Assembly: GCF_009914755.1 (NCBI RefSeq)
Contig: NC_060947.1
Source: the human T2T-CHM13v2.0 reference genome, Homo sapiens
Direction: 5' to 3' (one strand)
DNA: 64,000 bases
Part shown: piece by piece, positions 49,243-62,600 of the stretch
Numbering within the stretch: the first letter of the stretch is position 1
Layout of the letters: each line of letters opens with the position of its first letter
Translations under genes and position numbers: made by a program
The notes under the pieces: generated by a model
Database searches by the model: none
The model's input: only the letters and a program-made list of their open reading frames with translations
Told to the model about the DNA's origin: nothing

Positions 49243-51220
49243 TGAGATGGGCAGAACTCAACAGTAGGTGTGTGGGTAGAGGAAACATCCAGACTAGGTG
49301 TAAACTCGTTGGGAAGTCCATAGGTAGGTGGCACAGGTAGCCTAAAGGAGGTATTGGTAATTATGCATGGTTAGAGCTAGTCTAAGAGAGACATAGCAGG
49401 AAGTGCATGGTTTGAGGAATTCTCCAGCCTTGGGAAAGATACTGCAAGAAATGTATGAGTAGAAATATTATATAGCTTAGGGGAAAATTCAGCAGGAGAT
49501 GCACATTTGGAGGAAGGAGTCAGTCTATGGGAGGCCTTGATGAGAAATCCATGGGTCAAGTGAGCACCCAGCCCAAAGAAGAACATTAGAAGAGATGCAT
49601 GGGTGGAGAAAACATCCAGCTTAGTAAAAATAAAAAAAAACCCAAAAAACAAAACAAACAACACCTCAGCACGAAGTGTATAAACTTAGATGAGAGTTGT
49701 GCATTTGATGCTATAGGTTGAGGTTGCAGCATGCCTAGGAGAGAAATTATCAGATGGTATGTCGGTGGAGGGAGAATCTATGGTGGAAAAGGTCTTGGCA
49801 GAGAGTGCATTATTGGAGGGCACAGCAAATCTAGAGGAATTTCTGGAAGAAGGTTTATTGTTGAAAGGGGCATCCAGCCTAGAAAAGGACTCTGAAGCAG
49901 TTGCATTAGTGGAAAGTGCATACAGTCTAGGAAAAAGGTTTATAGGTGGAGGCAAAAGGTTTATAGATGGAGAATGTAGCCAGTTTAAGTAAGACATAAC
50001 TGGTGGCACATGGAGAGAGGGGGTATCAAAGATGTGGGGAAGAATGTGCAAGAGTATCATCGGTATATGGAACATTCAGCCTAGATAAGCACCCAGAAGA
50101 CGTTTTATGAGAAAGGATGGAGTCATTCTAGGGAGTCTTCTTAGGAGGTTATTGGGTAGAGGTAGCAATCAACCTAAAAGAGGACTCAAAAGGGTGTACA
50201 TGGATGGATAATGCAGCTAGCATAGGGGAGGGATTCAGCAAGTCGTGAATGGGTCAAGATGGCATCCAGCCCATGAGAAGAGTAAGCAGGAGGTATGTGG
50301 TGATGGGAGTATACAGCCTAGAAGAAAAACACACAGGAGGTGCATGGATGGAGGATGCAACCAGCCTATAGGGGGACCCAATATCAGGTTCAGTAGTGGT
50401 GAGTACAGCTGGCTTTAGGGAAAGCCCAGCAGTAGCTGCAGGAATGGAGGAAGCATTCACAGGAAAGGAAGAACTTTCAGCAGGTAAATATTGGATGAAA
50501 AATTATAAATCTATCCTAAGAGAACACATAGTAGAAGGATCATCCAGTGAAGGGAGGAACCTACAGCAGGTGCACGGTTGAAGCAAGTGGAAAGCCTGGG
50601 GAATGACATGAGAAGTAGTGGAGGGATGAGTGGAGGGATGCAGCCAAAACAGGAAAGGAATTAGCTGAAGGGGCAAAGATTAATGATACAAGCCTGCTGG
50701 ATGATCTGAGAGAAAGTGAATGGCTAGAGGGAGAAGTCAGCCTGTGGCATTGCATGGCAAGATGTGTACAGATGGAAGAGGAGGAAGTCAGCCTGTGGCA
50801 TTACATGGCAAGAGGTGTATAGATGGAAAGTGCAGAAAGGCTATGAGAGGCCACCCAGACTGCTTATGGCTGGAGGATTCATCAAGTCTAGGGGTGGACT
50901 TGGCAAGAGATAATGGATGAAGTGTACATCAAGTCTAGAAAAGAACATAGTAGAAAGTGGATAAATGAAGTTTGCAGTGGGCCTAGGGTGGGATCTGGCA
51001 GGAAGTTCAGGGGTGGAGTTAACACCCAGTATTAGGTAAGACTTGGGAAATGGGGGAGTAATGGGTAATACAGACAGCTTGAAGAGGAAATGGCATAGAG
51101 TGCATAGATTGAGAGTATAGCCAGTTTAGGTGAATAATTTGCAAAAGTTGCATTCATTTAGAGAGCATCCAGACTAAAGGGAAGCTTAGCAGAAGGTGCA
51201 TGGGAGGGTAGGGGAGGATG
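49243..51220 (+). repeat. Degenerate 48-bp repeat field, block A2 (same orientation as A1)
   Basis: For example gcaggaagtgcatggtttgaggaattctccagccttggg; ORF-track peptides show 16-residue periodicity. Confidence 0.85.
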
Positions 51221-51224
51221 TCAC

Positions 51225-54200
51225 AGAAAGTGTATGGCCAGCAACAACATCCTTTTTCTCTCTCTGCTTCTCCTTGTGAGTGACCCTCTGTGGCCCTATG
51301 TGACACACCACGCCTCTTGTCCTCTGGGGAACTGTGAGTAATAAACACTTCTTTCAAAGGCAGTTATCTTCTTGTCTATCATCTTGCCATACCTAATTAT
51401 AATAAAACATATCTCGAGTACATTTTTAAACAATTGGTGCATTGAGCAGGGTAGTTTGGTGATTGGTGAGGATGACATGCCTCTAGACTGCTCTTGGCTT
51501 ACTAACTGAATCCAACAGAGAGTAAATACTGCCTGGAATGGCACTGCTGGCTTGTATTTTAGCAGCTGCCATTGTGTTGTGACTGTCAGGTACTGCTCTG
51601 ATTCTCCAGTCTAAATTATGGTAGAGTTCAAAAAGCTGAGTCGTCCCTGAGCAACTGTCCTTAGAGTGCTGTAGTCTGGGTAAAGAAGTCTCCAGTTGAC
51701 TTCTTATGTATTTACAATGTGTCCAGAAGTGACTATGGTAACTGGCTATTGTACTATGTGAAGGTTGTCCAGAAGGGACAATAGTGTGAAATAGTGTATC
51801 ACAAGACCAAGAGCTTTGATTTTAGAAACAAGCATAAGAACAAACCAGGCAGTGCCACAGTTGCCCTCATGGAACTAGACTCCAAACCTGGGGAGACTGA
51901 CTGGGACACCGTAGAACAGGAGATGCCACCTATAGGCAGGACCACAACACCAAAACACTGCCACAAGTAGTAAACAACCAAAGAATAAAAACCACTGGAA
52001 AGAGGAGCGAATAGGAAAACAAGGCAGAGACTGAGTTGGGACCTTTTCCTAATATGCAGTTACCACCTTTTGAGACACTATAGGACTCTAAAACATCATC
52101 CCCAGACAAACATATGTATTAGAGACATGGGCATCTCTCATGAAAAAAAAAATTAAAATGGGCCAGCCTGCTTATTATAAACTCCAACAACCAAAAAACC
52201 TGCTAGATACCTTTGAAACTCATGCAGCAGGGGAAGTTCCCCTCTCTTTACTTCAATTTGGTCCAAAATAGTGGATAGGAGATGCCCCACTGAGACGAAG
52301 AAAGGCACTTCCAGTTCCTAGTTAATGGGTTCCTAATATCATGTCCTGACCTTCAACAATGGCAGCCACCTAACTCCCTCCTGAAGGAGACAGCAGCTCC
52401 CCAAAGCTTGTCTCACTGCCTGGGGAAAATCACCGACATACTACCAAAGTTTTCATTGAAGCTCAAAGAATAGCCAACATTTTCTGGTCCTTTTAGGTAC
52501 AGGGATACAGATAACAGTTACTCTGGGTATCCCATCTCTTTTCAAATATATATGTATATATATACATATATATTTGCAACCTATTTAAAATTCAGGGCAT
52601 ATTGGGTCACCCCATTAAGGGCATATGGGTTCCACTTGATGCTAAAATGGGATCTCTTAGCTAAATTCCTTGTGATATTCCCTCTGTCTCTGGCCCATCT
52701 AGTCATAAGCATGAACACCAAACACGTTAGGGCCACCTCTTAAATTGGAACATGCCAAAATCCGCACCACTTGCTATAAGACATGCTCAAGGAGAGATCA
52801 TAGTCCCTCTGCCTCCCCTTAAAATTGTCAAGAAGACTCAACACAAGCTATGACAATGTGCAGCTTGACTCAGGCCTATTATTTTAATCTTTTAAAAGAT
52901 AGAATTGTGGTTCCTATCATCTCTCTTTTTAATTGCAGTATCTGATCAAAGCAAAAGGCAGACAAACAAGAATGGCCTAAGTATAGATTACTGCCACCTC
53001 AATGCATTTGTTCTGTCCATGGAGGCACCTTTTCCTAACATTATTGAAGTTATTAGTATCAGGGTTCACCTAGTGATTTACTTGTGGTAACACATCTAGT
53101 CAATATTTTCTACTCAACATCCATTGCCAAAGATTCACAGCCACGTTATGCCTTCTCCTTTGAGGACACACAATATACATTCACTTGATTATCTATAGAC
53201 TACCTCAATAGCCTGGCCATAGCACATGACTCTGGAGGAAGGACTTATAATTCATCAATTTACAGCATTCCCACTTTTGGCACTATGTAGATGACATCTT
53301 ACCTAGGAGACCTTCTCAAGATAATGTTACACAGGGCTTACATACTCTTACACATCACCTCCAAGATAGGAAATATACATGAATAAAATACAGGGACCTG
53401 CAAAGATGATAAAATTATTGTATATCTTGTGGTCATCAGAGGGTTCTTCCATTCCTGGTTCAGTAAAACACGAATTACTCACCCTCTTCATGGTACCACA
53501 GACACTTAAACAGGCCCAAGATCTCCTGAGCCTCTTTACCTTTCAAGACCAACACATCTCACATGTATTCAGTATACTTGGACCCACATATGAGGTCATA
53601 TGCAAGTCAAACTTCCTCCATTAAGGCCTCTCACAACAAATCTTAATAGTCAGATAACTTTACAGTAGGCATTGACCTTGGTTCCCTTGGGATCCAACTT
53701 TTAAATCAAGGCTTTGGCTACAAAGGACTATGCCTCTTGGAGCTTCTGCATCAGGCATGGTTTTAAGTGGTTGCCCATGGGTTTTTGGAATAAGTAACTT
53801 CCTCAAATGGCAGATATTCACCTCTCAAACAACAAATTCTGTCCCTTCTGGAAACTGAGGCCCTAATTGGCTCAATTCTATTTGGCATCCAGACACAAAT
53901 CCTTATCATGCCTTAAGTCAAGACTCCATGCCAAGAGGCTAGGCATGGCCACAGAATCCTCTTTGGTTAAGTGGAAATAGTAATTTAGAGATTCAGTTAA
54001 GCCTGATGCCACAGGACTTTCCAAACTTCTGAAGAATTGGCTTCCCATGTGCTCAGTCCCTTGGCCATGCCTATTAAGGAGGTGGAGGTATACACCATGT
54101 CATTCCTAGTAGTGATCTAGGGAGCTCCTTGAGATCAAATGTCTGGCATAGGAAGTCAGTATGCCTCACCAATGGCAGGGCCACCATCCCACATGGTGGG

Positions 54201-54965
54201 AATCAGTAGTGAGTGGTGGCATACCACACTGCTTCTGGTTCCTCTATCACAAGGAATAGACATGAGGGTTGGCCCAATTGGCAGAGTTTGAGGCTGTCTA
54301 CCTGATTTTTCAGGATGCCCTGCATTGCAAATTGCCTGAGATTTGTTTGTTGACTGATTCCCGCATGGTCGTCATTGGGTCAGAAAAATTGAAGCAAGAT
54401 AATTTTACCATTCAGGGAAGGTCTTTGTGGGCTATCTCATATGGCAGACATTACTTCATCCCCCATACTTATTCTTGTTTTGCACATCTCTGCACATATC
54501 AAATCAAATAAATCAGAATCACATTATAATTCTATCACAGACAGCTTAGCAAGAAATAAATTCACTGTACTAATACATGGATCTGCCTCTCCCAGATAAT
54601 CTCCATTGTCTGCTTTTGTTCATGGCCAGATAAGCATATGAACCCTAGGGACACCTAGGGTCCCAGGCTACTTTGGGAACAAAGGAAAGACTTCCTTTAT
54701 AAGGTTTCCAGACATCAAAGTTGCCCAAATTAGCTGTAATCTGTGTACCTTTACCAAACACTGGCCTTTATCATCTGTAGATACAATTTCTCGGGGCATG
54801 AGGCCATATAGTCAGTGACAATTTGATTCTATTGGGCCTCTGCCACTCTCTGCTGGTGCCACCTGATATGCTTTTATCATGAATTACACATATATGGGTT
54901 TGCTGTTAGCCTTCCACTCCGGGCATTCTAATTCTGAGTCTACTATTTAGGACCTTACTAGGTTG
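51225..54965 (+). mobile_element. Class III (ERVL-related) provirus remnant: partial LTR, PBS, gag-pro-pol truncated within integrase
   Basis: LTR with AATAAA ending aaca at 51432; PBS tggtgcattg at 51435; RT HYVDDIL at 53281-53301; RNase H AQLAEFEAV..LLTDS (ORF 54269); integrase *QFDSIGPLP near 54816. Confidence 0.82.
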
Positions 54966-54984
54966 GTCCTTACTAGGTTGGTTC

Positions 54985-57900
54985 CTTGATCATCCTTCCA
55001 GTTCCTGCAGACTTGCATCCCTGACATGTCCTTAACTTGGCTGGCTGTACTCTCCCACTCTGCACCTCCTGCCAAGTATTCTTAGGCTATCTGCACCATC
55101 CACCCACGCACCTATTTATGGGCCTTTGATGCTTCCTCCACCCATGCATTTCCTGCATATTCCTCCGACAAGGCTGTATAATGCTTTTACTTCTGCACCT
55201 CCTGCCATGTTTTCCCTTAGACTTGCTATATTCTCTGCTTATGAATCTCTTGCCAGGTCCTCTCTGAGAGTGGCTGCATCCTGCACAAACATACCTACTT
55301 CTGAATCCTATCCTAGGCTGAATACCCCTTCCACCCTTTCACTTCATGTCAGTATTTTTCTAGACTTGTTGTACTCTCCAACAATCCACTTTGTGCCATG
55401 TCTTCCCTGAAGTTGGCTGCGCCCTCCCATAATTACTCAATCCTGTATACCCACCACCCCCACCCCAGGATGAATTCTGAGGTAGAATGTATGCCATTCA
55501 CATCCGTGCACATCCTGCCAGATTTTCTCCTAGGATGTCTGCACACTTCACTCACGTTCCTTTTACTGAATCTTCCCCTATGCATGGTACTCCTTCCACC
55601 ATTCAACCGCCTGGATGTCCTCACATCTGCTTACTGCATCCTGCATCCACACACCTCCTGCCAAGTCTTCCCTTACACTGGCAGCATCCTCCACTCATGA
55701 ACTTCAGGCCAGGTTCTTCCATATGATGGCTGCATTGTCAACAATGTACCTCTTCTCAAGTCCTCCCTTAGACTAGACATTACCTTTTCCCTTGCACTGC
55801 ATACTAGTCATTCTCTAGGCTCCCTGCACCCTCCACATATACACATTCTGCTGCAGATAGCGTTATGTTGATAATCTCACCACCCACACATGTTCTGCCA
55901 TGCCCTCTTCACTAGGCTAGATGCTCCCTCCTCCCATGCACATCATGCTGAATTATCAAATTTGGCTCCATTACCAACCCTTGAAATTAACATTTAACCC
56001 TCCAATAGTTTAGATACAAAGAATATCCTTGCATTTTTTGCTAGAAACCCTCCTACTCCAGCTTCACTCTCTGTTGATGCACTTCCTACAGGTTTCTCTG
56101 TGAGGCTAGCTTCACATTTCCTCATGCAAATCCAGCAATGTCCAACTGACAATGCAATTACTGCTAGTTAGTTCCCAGACTGGCTACACCCTCCGAACCA
56201 TGCACTTCTTGGTGCACCAAACTTCAGGCTGGCCTCACTCTTAAGCTTCCTGATGGGTCCTCCCCGAGGCTGGTGCATGCTGTAGTCATAATTTTCCTGA
56301 CTACTCTCCCTTTGACTTGCTGAAAATGCCACAAATGCACTTAGGACTGAGTACTCCCTTAGCCTGGATCTCCCTCACTCACAGAATTCTTGCCATGTCC
56401 TTGCTTAGGCTTTACCCTCTCCTAAACCCCCTAAACCTCCTATGGGGTTCCCCCCTAGGCTGCCTTTTCCTACCTCAGTTGCACCTCCTGAGTGCCTTAC
56501 TATAGTGTGTACATATGCACGGAGTGCACACATACATATAGCACCTGATGGGACCTCCACTAGCCTGGATGTTCCCTCTACATGCCATATCCTCCTTTAT
56601 ACTGCGAGTTTCCTACACCCTTTCATTCCAGCCAGAATGTATTTATTATAAACTCATAAACCTACTCCAATGTTATTCCATAAGCTTTCTGTACCCTCCA
56701 CCTATATTTTTCCTAACAAGTTATACCATTGGCAATCCACCCTCTCCACCCAAATTTCTACCAAATCATCCCCTTGACCAGATTCTCTTTCCTCCCACAA
56801 ACATCCTGCCATGTCCTAACCAAGGCTGGATGTAACCTTGAGCCATCCACTATTCTCCGATTCCTTCTGTATGCTAGAAATCTTCTCTAATGATGTTCTC
56901 TCCAACCATTCATATAACACTGAGTCCTCTCCTAGGTTGGCTCATCCTCTTCAGATACCATCTTCCCAAGTCTCCACTAGGTTGCATGGCCCCTCCACCC
57001 ACATACTTCATGCTGATTCTAACCCTAGGCTTAATGCTCCCACCTCCCATGCATTTCTTGATGAGTTCTTCCTAGGTTTGCTGCACCATCTTTCATATAC
57101 TCAATGCTGAGTCCTCCATTATTCTGGATCCTTCCTCCACCAATGTCATGCCAAAATCTAGGCTGATTACTCTTTCTACTAATGCATTTATTCCACCACA
57201 CACCACCCATGCAATTTCCTCCAGGTTCTCAACTATACTGGATGTATCCTTCACTTCTGCACTTCATGTGGAATATTTTCCTGATCTGGCTCCAACATGC
57301 ACATCTTGCCATGTTCTCCCTTATGCTGGCTGTATCATTCTCACTGTACCTTCTTCCTACTCCTTTCTTATGCTAGATAGACACTCCAACCATACGCTTC
57401 CTGAACGATTATTTCTTAGCCTGGCTGCACTATGCACCCACGCACTTCCTACTGATTCCTGCTTTACGCTGGCTGCACCTTTCACCCAAGCAATACTGTC
57501 ACTTCCTACACTAGAAATTCTCTGCACTGCACAAATGTACTTCCTATAGAGCTCAAACCTAGGCTGGCTGGAGTCTTTGATAATGTACTTTCCCCTAGTC
57601 TTCCTCTAAGCTGGTTACTACCTCCACATATGTACCTTGAATATCCTGCCTAGTCCTCTCCTAGACTAGCCATACCCTTCATCCATACACTTCTTGTTCC
57701 GGGCCTAATCTGATTGTTCTCTCATGCACCCTATAACAAGTCCTACCTGTGCTGGATGCTCCCTCTAGCAATGTATATCCTGCCATGTCCTAACCTATGC
57801 ACCTCCCCCTGAGCCTTCTACTAGACTGGATGCTCCTTTCACTCATACACTTCCTGCAATATGCTCTCCTAGGCTAGATGTTCCCTCCTTCCTTGCACAT

Positions 57901-60900
57901 TCTAGTGAATTCTTCCTAAGGGTGGATGTTTCTAATTCCCATGTATATTCTTCTGTATCTTCTCCTAGTCTGGGCTCTTCTGTGCAACTAGTTCTGACTG
58001 CTCTTCATTGCTGGCTGCTCCAATTACCCATGTACTTACTGAATTCATTCATAGGCTGGATGTTCTCTCCACCCACACACTTCTTGTCAGGTCTTGCATT
58101 GGGATACCTACATCATTTAGCCATGTACCTTCTGCTATATCATTCCCTAGACTGACTGCAACTTCCACTCCACTTATGCACATTCTGCCCTTCACTACTC
58201 TAAACAGGGGTAGTGAGTTGAATGGTGACCCTCAGAAAGATATGTCCATGTTCTAATCTCCAGAGTCTGTGAATATAATCTTATTTGGAGAAAATATACT
58301 TGCAGATGTAATTATTTTAAAGATCCCTAAGATGAGATCCTTCTAGATTATCTGAGTGAGCCCTAAATCCAATGGAAAATATCCTTATAAAAGAAAGGCA
58401 GAGGGAGATTTGACACAGACAGAGGAAGAGAAGACACATGAAGGCAGTGTGACCATGGAGAAAGAGATTGGGGTGATGCAGCCAAGTAATCTGAGAAGTA
58501 GTCATAGCCACCAGAAGCTATAAGAGGCAAGGAAACATTCAACCCTAGAGATTTTGGAGGGAGCATGGCCCTGCCAACACTTGATTTCAGACTTCTAGCA
58601 TCCCAAACTATGAGATAATACATTTCTGCTGTTTTAAGCTAACGAGTTTTTGGTAATTTGTCACAGCAGCCCGAGGAAACTAATACAGAAAGCTTCATTC
58701 TATACTCCTGCACCTCAGCCCAAGTCCTCTCCTAGACTAGTTGATCCCTCCATCCTTAAACCTCCTGTCAACTGTCACTTAGGGTGGCTGCAGCCACCAT
58801 TCATGCATGCTGCCTGCTGAATCCTTCCCTAGCCCCTCTGCACTTTCATCTTATACACTTCCCACCAAGGCCTCTGTTCAGCAGGGATGCCCCATAACAC
58901 CTGCATTGCAAGCTCCACACATATATCTGTGGATTATCCCCTAGACTAGATGCATTTTGCATCCATGCACTCTCAGTCATAGCCTCTCCCAGACAGGATG
59001 CTCACTTCACTTATGCACTTCCTGCTGGGTTCTTTGTTAAGCTGGCTGCATCCTGCTTCCATGCATAACCTAACACGTCCTCCCTTAGGCAGGTAGCACA
59101 TTCCAATCATAATACACCCCTAGGATGGCTTCACTCTTTTCCCATATACCTCCTACTGGCTGTTTCCCTATGCTGGCAGCACATTCCACCAATTAACTTC
59201 CTTTAATGTCTTGTTCTAGGTTTAATGTTCCCTGCACTGATGTACCCCCTACCCAGTCCTCCCCCTGTTTGGTTGGACTTTTAATCAATTCCTTCCAGGT
59301 TCTCCCTAGACTGGCTCCTCATACCACTCCTTCACTTTCTGCTGGGCCCTTCCTTATATTGGTGTACTTTATGCACCGACTGCTGTATAGATAGGAGTAT
59401 ATCTTAGAGTGGCTGTTTCTTTACCCATGTCCCTCAGGCAAATACTTGCCCTATCTAAATGCTCCCTCCACTTGTCAATATCATGGAAAATCCTCCCATT
59501 GGTAGCCTGCACCCTCCACCCAGGCTTCTCCTGTTTTGCCTTACCTACACTGAAAGATCCCTCAATTCAAGAACTTCCTACCGGGTTATCTCTAACTTAG
59601 CCGCTTTCTCCATCCATCCACCCATTTCCAAGCTCTTCTTTAGAATTGATGCTCTCTCCACCCATGCACATTCTGCCTGCCCTTTCTCAGGTCTACCTGT
59701 ACCCTGCATCCATGCTTTCCTTATAGTACCTCATTTAGGCTTCTTGCTTCCATAGCCCAAGCACTTCTTGCAGGGGCCATTACATGGGTGACCGCACCCT
59801 GCATCTCTGCACATCTTTCCATGACTTTCTCTATGCTGAATGTGACTTCCATCCATCCACTTTCCAGTGGTCCTTCTCTAGGTCTGATGCTTTCTATATG
59901 CATGCACTTCTTGCCTGGACATTCCCTGATATAGCTGAACCTTAAAACCATGCCAGGGCTTCTCCTAGGCTGGAGGCTTCTTTCTCCCTTGAACATTCTG
60001 CTAAGATCTCCCCTGGGTTGGATATTACTTCCATCTATGCACCAAGTAACAATTGTCCTTGATTCTGGCTGCAACTTGCACTCATACATCTCCTGCCATG
60101 TGATTCCACAATCTGGTTGAACCCTTCACCCATGCATGTTCTGCCTGATTGTTATCTGAGCTGGTGGCATCAGGCACACATACACCTTTTTACTATATCT
60201 TTTCTTATGCTGGTTGCACCTGGAACCTATGCATCCTTGAGCTCCTGGGTGAGCTGCACCTTCACCCTTGCTCCGCCTTCCAAGTTTCCCACAAAGCTGG
60301 ATTCTCCCTTTCCCCATAAACATCTTGCCAGTTCCTCCTCTAAGCTGGCTACAACCTGTATACATGCATTCCCTCTTTTGCCCTCAAGTTAGCTTGGTGT
60401 TTGCCCTACCCATGCACTACTTCCTCGGTGGTGAGCTAGGCTGTATGGTCTCTCTGCCACTGCACTCATGCGGATTACTCCTACTAGTTTGGAAGTGTCC
60501 TCAATCATGCCCCTTATAGGATGTCATTCCTTATGCTGGCTGCACAATCAATGTATAAACCCCTTGCCAATACCTCCTTTGGGCTAAATGCTCCTTTGAA
60601 TCGTGCAAATATCTCTCTGTTCTCTCCTAGGCTGACTACACCCAGCACACATTAGTCTTATGCTGTGTCTGCTCTTAGACTGGTTTCATTCTTGATCAAT
60701 GCACATATCCGAGTACATTTGGCTTTCAACAAACTGCACCACTGCCCTCCATGCCATGTATTTTACTGGATTACATCTCCTGCCATACCCTTCTTTAGGC
60801 TGGCTGAAACCACCACAAATGTATCTTCCATGGTTCCTATCCTAGACTGACTACATTCTGTATCCATGCCCACCTGTCATTTATTTCCCTGGGCAAGATG

Positions 60901-62050
60901 TTATTTCTTCCACCTCTACACCTCTGGTCAGCTTTACTGCTAGGCTGGCTGTACCATGCACCATTGCAACTCCTGCTGAGACTTTATCTAGGCTGGCTAT
61001 TTCATCCACTCATACACTTTCTACTTATTACTTTCCTAGGTTGGCTGCACCCTGTACCAGCGCACCTCTTAGTATATCCTACTCTAGACTGACTTAACCT
61101 TTAACTATATACTACCTGCAAGATTTGCTCTATAATGAATGGCCCCTCCTCCAATACATTTCCTGCACGTCCTCATCTAGCCCTAGTGATTTCACTCCTG
61201 CATTTCTTGCCAGATCATCCCATAGGCTGAATATACCTTTCACCCATGAAAGACCTGCCAAGTGTCCTCTAGGTTGAATTCTTCATCCTCTCATGCCTGT
61301 TCTGCCAGGTCCTGCCTTAGGTTGTATGCTCCCTCCAACCATACACTTCTTGCTGATTCTCGTCAGGCTGTTTCCAACTTACATAATATAAATTCTACTG
61401 TTTCCTTCCCTAGGCTGACTATATCCTCCAAACATGCACCTCCTGCTATTCTCTCTTAGGTTAGATGCCCCAAACAATTATGCATGCCCTGAATATTTCT
61501 CACCTTGGGATGGAAGCTCCCTGAAACCATACCCTTCCTACCATATCCTCTCATAGACAATCTGCACATTCCACCCCTTAACACCCCTACCAAATCTTAC
61601 CTCTGGATGCTCTCTCTACCAGTGGATTTTCTACTGTGACTTCCCCTGATTTGGTCATTTCCCCAACCACGATGCTCCTGTTGAATGCTCCACTGGCTAA
61701 TGCTCCCATTCCCAATGCACTTCCTTCCAGGTCCTCTGCTAAGCTAACTGCAATCTGCATCCATACACCTCCTACTATTTCTCCTCCTAAGAAGGCTGCA
61801 TTCTTAATTCTTGCACTACCTTTTTGGTCCTTTTGGCTGACTTTAACTGCATTCCTGAAGATCCTCCCATGTCCTCCCCTAGGCTGGTTACACCCTGCAA
61901 CTGTGCACCTCCTGCCATATCTTCCCCTGGGTAGGTAGTACCTTCCACCTTTGCACTTCCTCTGAGTTTTGCCCTAGGCTGGCTGCACCCCACACCCATG
62001 CAGCCATTATCAGAGGCTTCTTTAGATAGACTCTACTATCTACTCAAGTA
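54985..62050 (-). repeat. Degenerate 48-bp repeat field, block B (inverted relative to A), interrupted by MLT1
   Basis: Consensus on + is cctaggctggctgcaccctccacccatgcacttcctgccaggtcctcc, e.g. unit cctaggctggttacaccctgcaactgtgcacctcctgccatatcttcc at 61878-61925. Confidence 0.88.
58208..58687 (+). mobile_element. MLT1C-like MaLR solo LTR
   Basis: gagttgaatggtgaccctcagaaagatatgtcc...gggagcatggccctgccaacacttgatttcagacttctag...gcagcccgaggaaactaataca. Confidence 0.85.
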
Positions 62051-62068
62051 CCTTTTACTGAGACTTCA

Positions 62069-62530
62069 TGTGATAGTTAACTTTAATGTCACTTTGACTG
62101 GGCTAAGGAATTCCCATATTAAAACTTACTTCTGGGTGTGTCTGCAAGGTTTTGAGATGAATATCTGAGTCAATGGGCTCAGTAAAGCAGATTGCCCTTC
62201 TCAGTGTGGTTGGCCATCATCCAATCCATTGAAGACCCAAATAGAATTGATAGATTGAAGAAGGAGCAATTTGTCCCTTTTCTTCCTGCCTCACTGCTCA
62301 AGCTGGAACATTTCACCTCATCTTTTCCTGTGCTCAGGCTGGGATTTACACCATTTGCTCTTCTACTTCTCAGGCCTTTGAACTTGGATTAAAATATACC
62401 ATTGGCTTTCCTGGGTTTCTAGTTTGCTGATGGCAGACCATAGGACTCCACAGCTTCCATAATGACATAAGCCAATTTCTCATAATAAATCTCTCTCCAT
62501 ACACACACAGCATCACCACCACCACCACCA

Positions 62531-62572
<42 letters not shown>

Positions 62573-62600
62573 ATACACAGAGAGAGAGAGAGAGAGAGAA
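62069..62600 (+). mobile_element. MLT2 LTR with (CAC)n(CA)n(GA)n tract
   Basis: tgtgatagttaactttaatgtcactttgactgggctaagg...agccaatttctcataataaatctc. Confidence 0.8.

Noticed and set aside
35157-62050. Many 60-155 aa ORFs in the 48-bp field as real genes
   Set aside because: They occur in several frames on both strands, often lack an ATG, and simply reflect a stop-poor repeat consensus.
54985-62050. Resemblance of the repeat peptide RLAAPSTHALPARSSP to the EZHIP motif RASPPVWHAVRMRASSP
   Set aside because: The match is short and rich in S/P/A/R, the DNA similarity is weak, and the period (16) differs from the EZHIP repeat period (11); chance is sufficient.
35157-62050. Identification of the 48-bp repeat as CER/D22Z3 satellite
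   Set aside because: The unit length is similar, but I could not see convincing similarity to the recalled CER consensus beyond cctagg.
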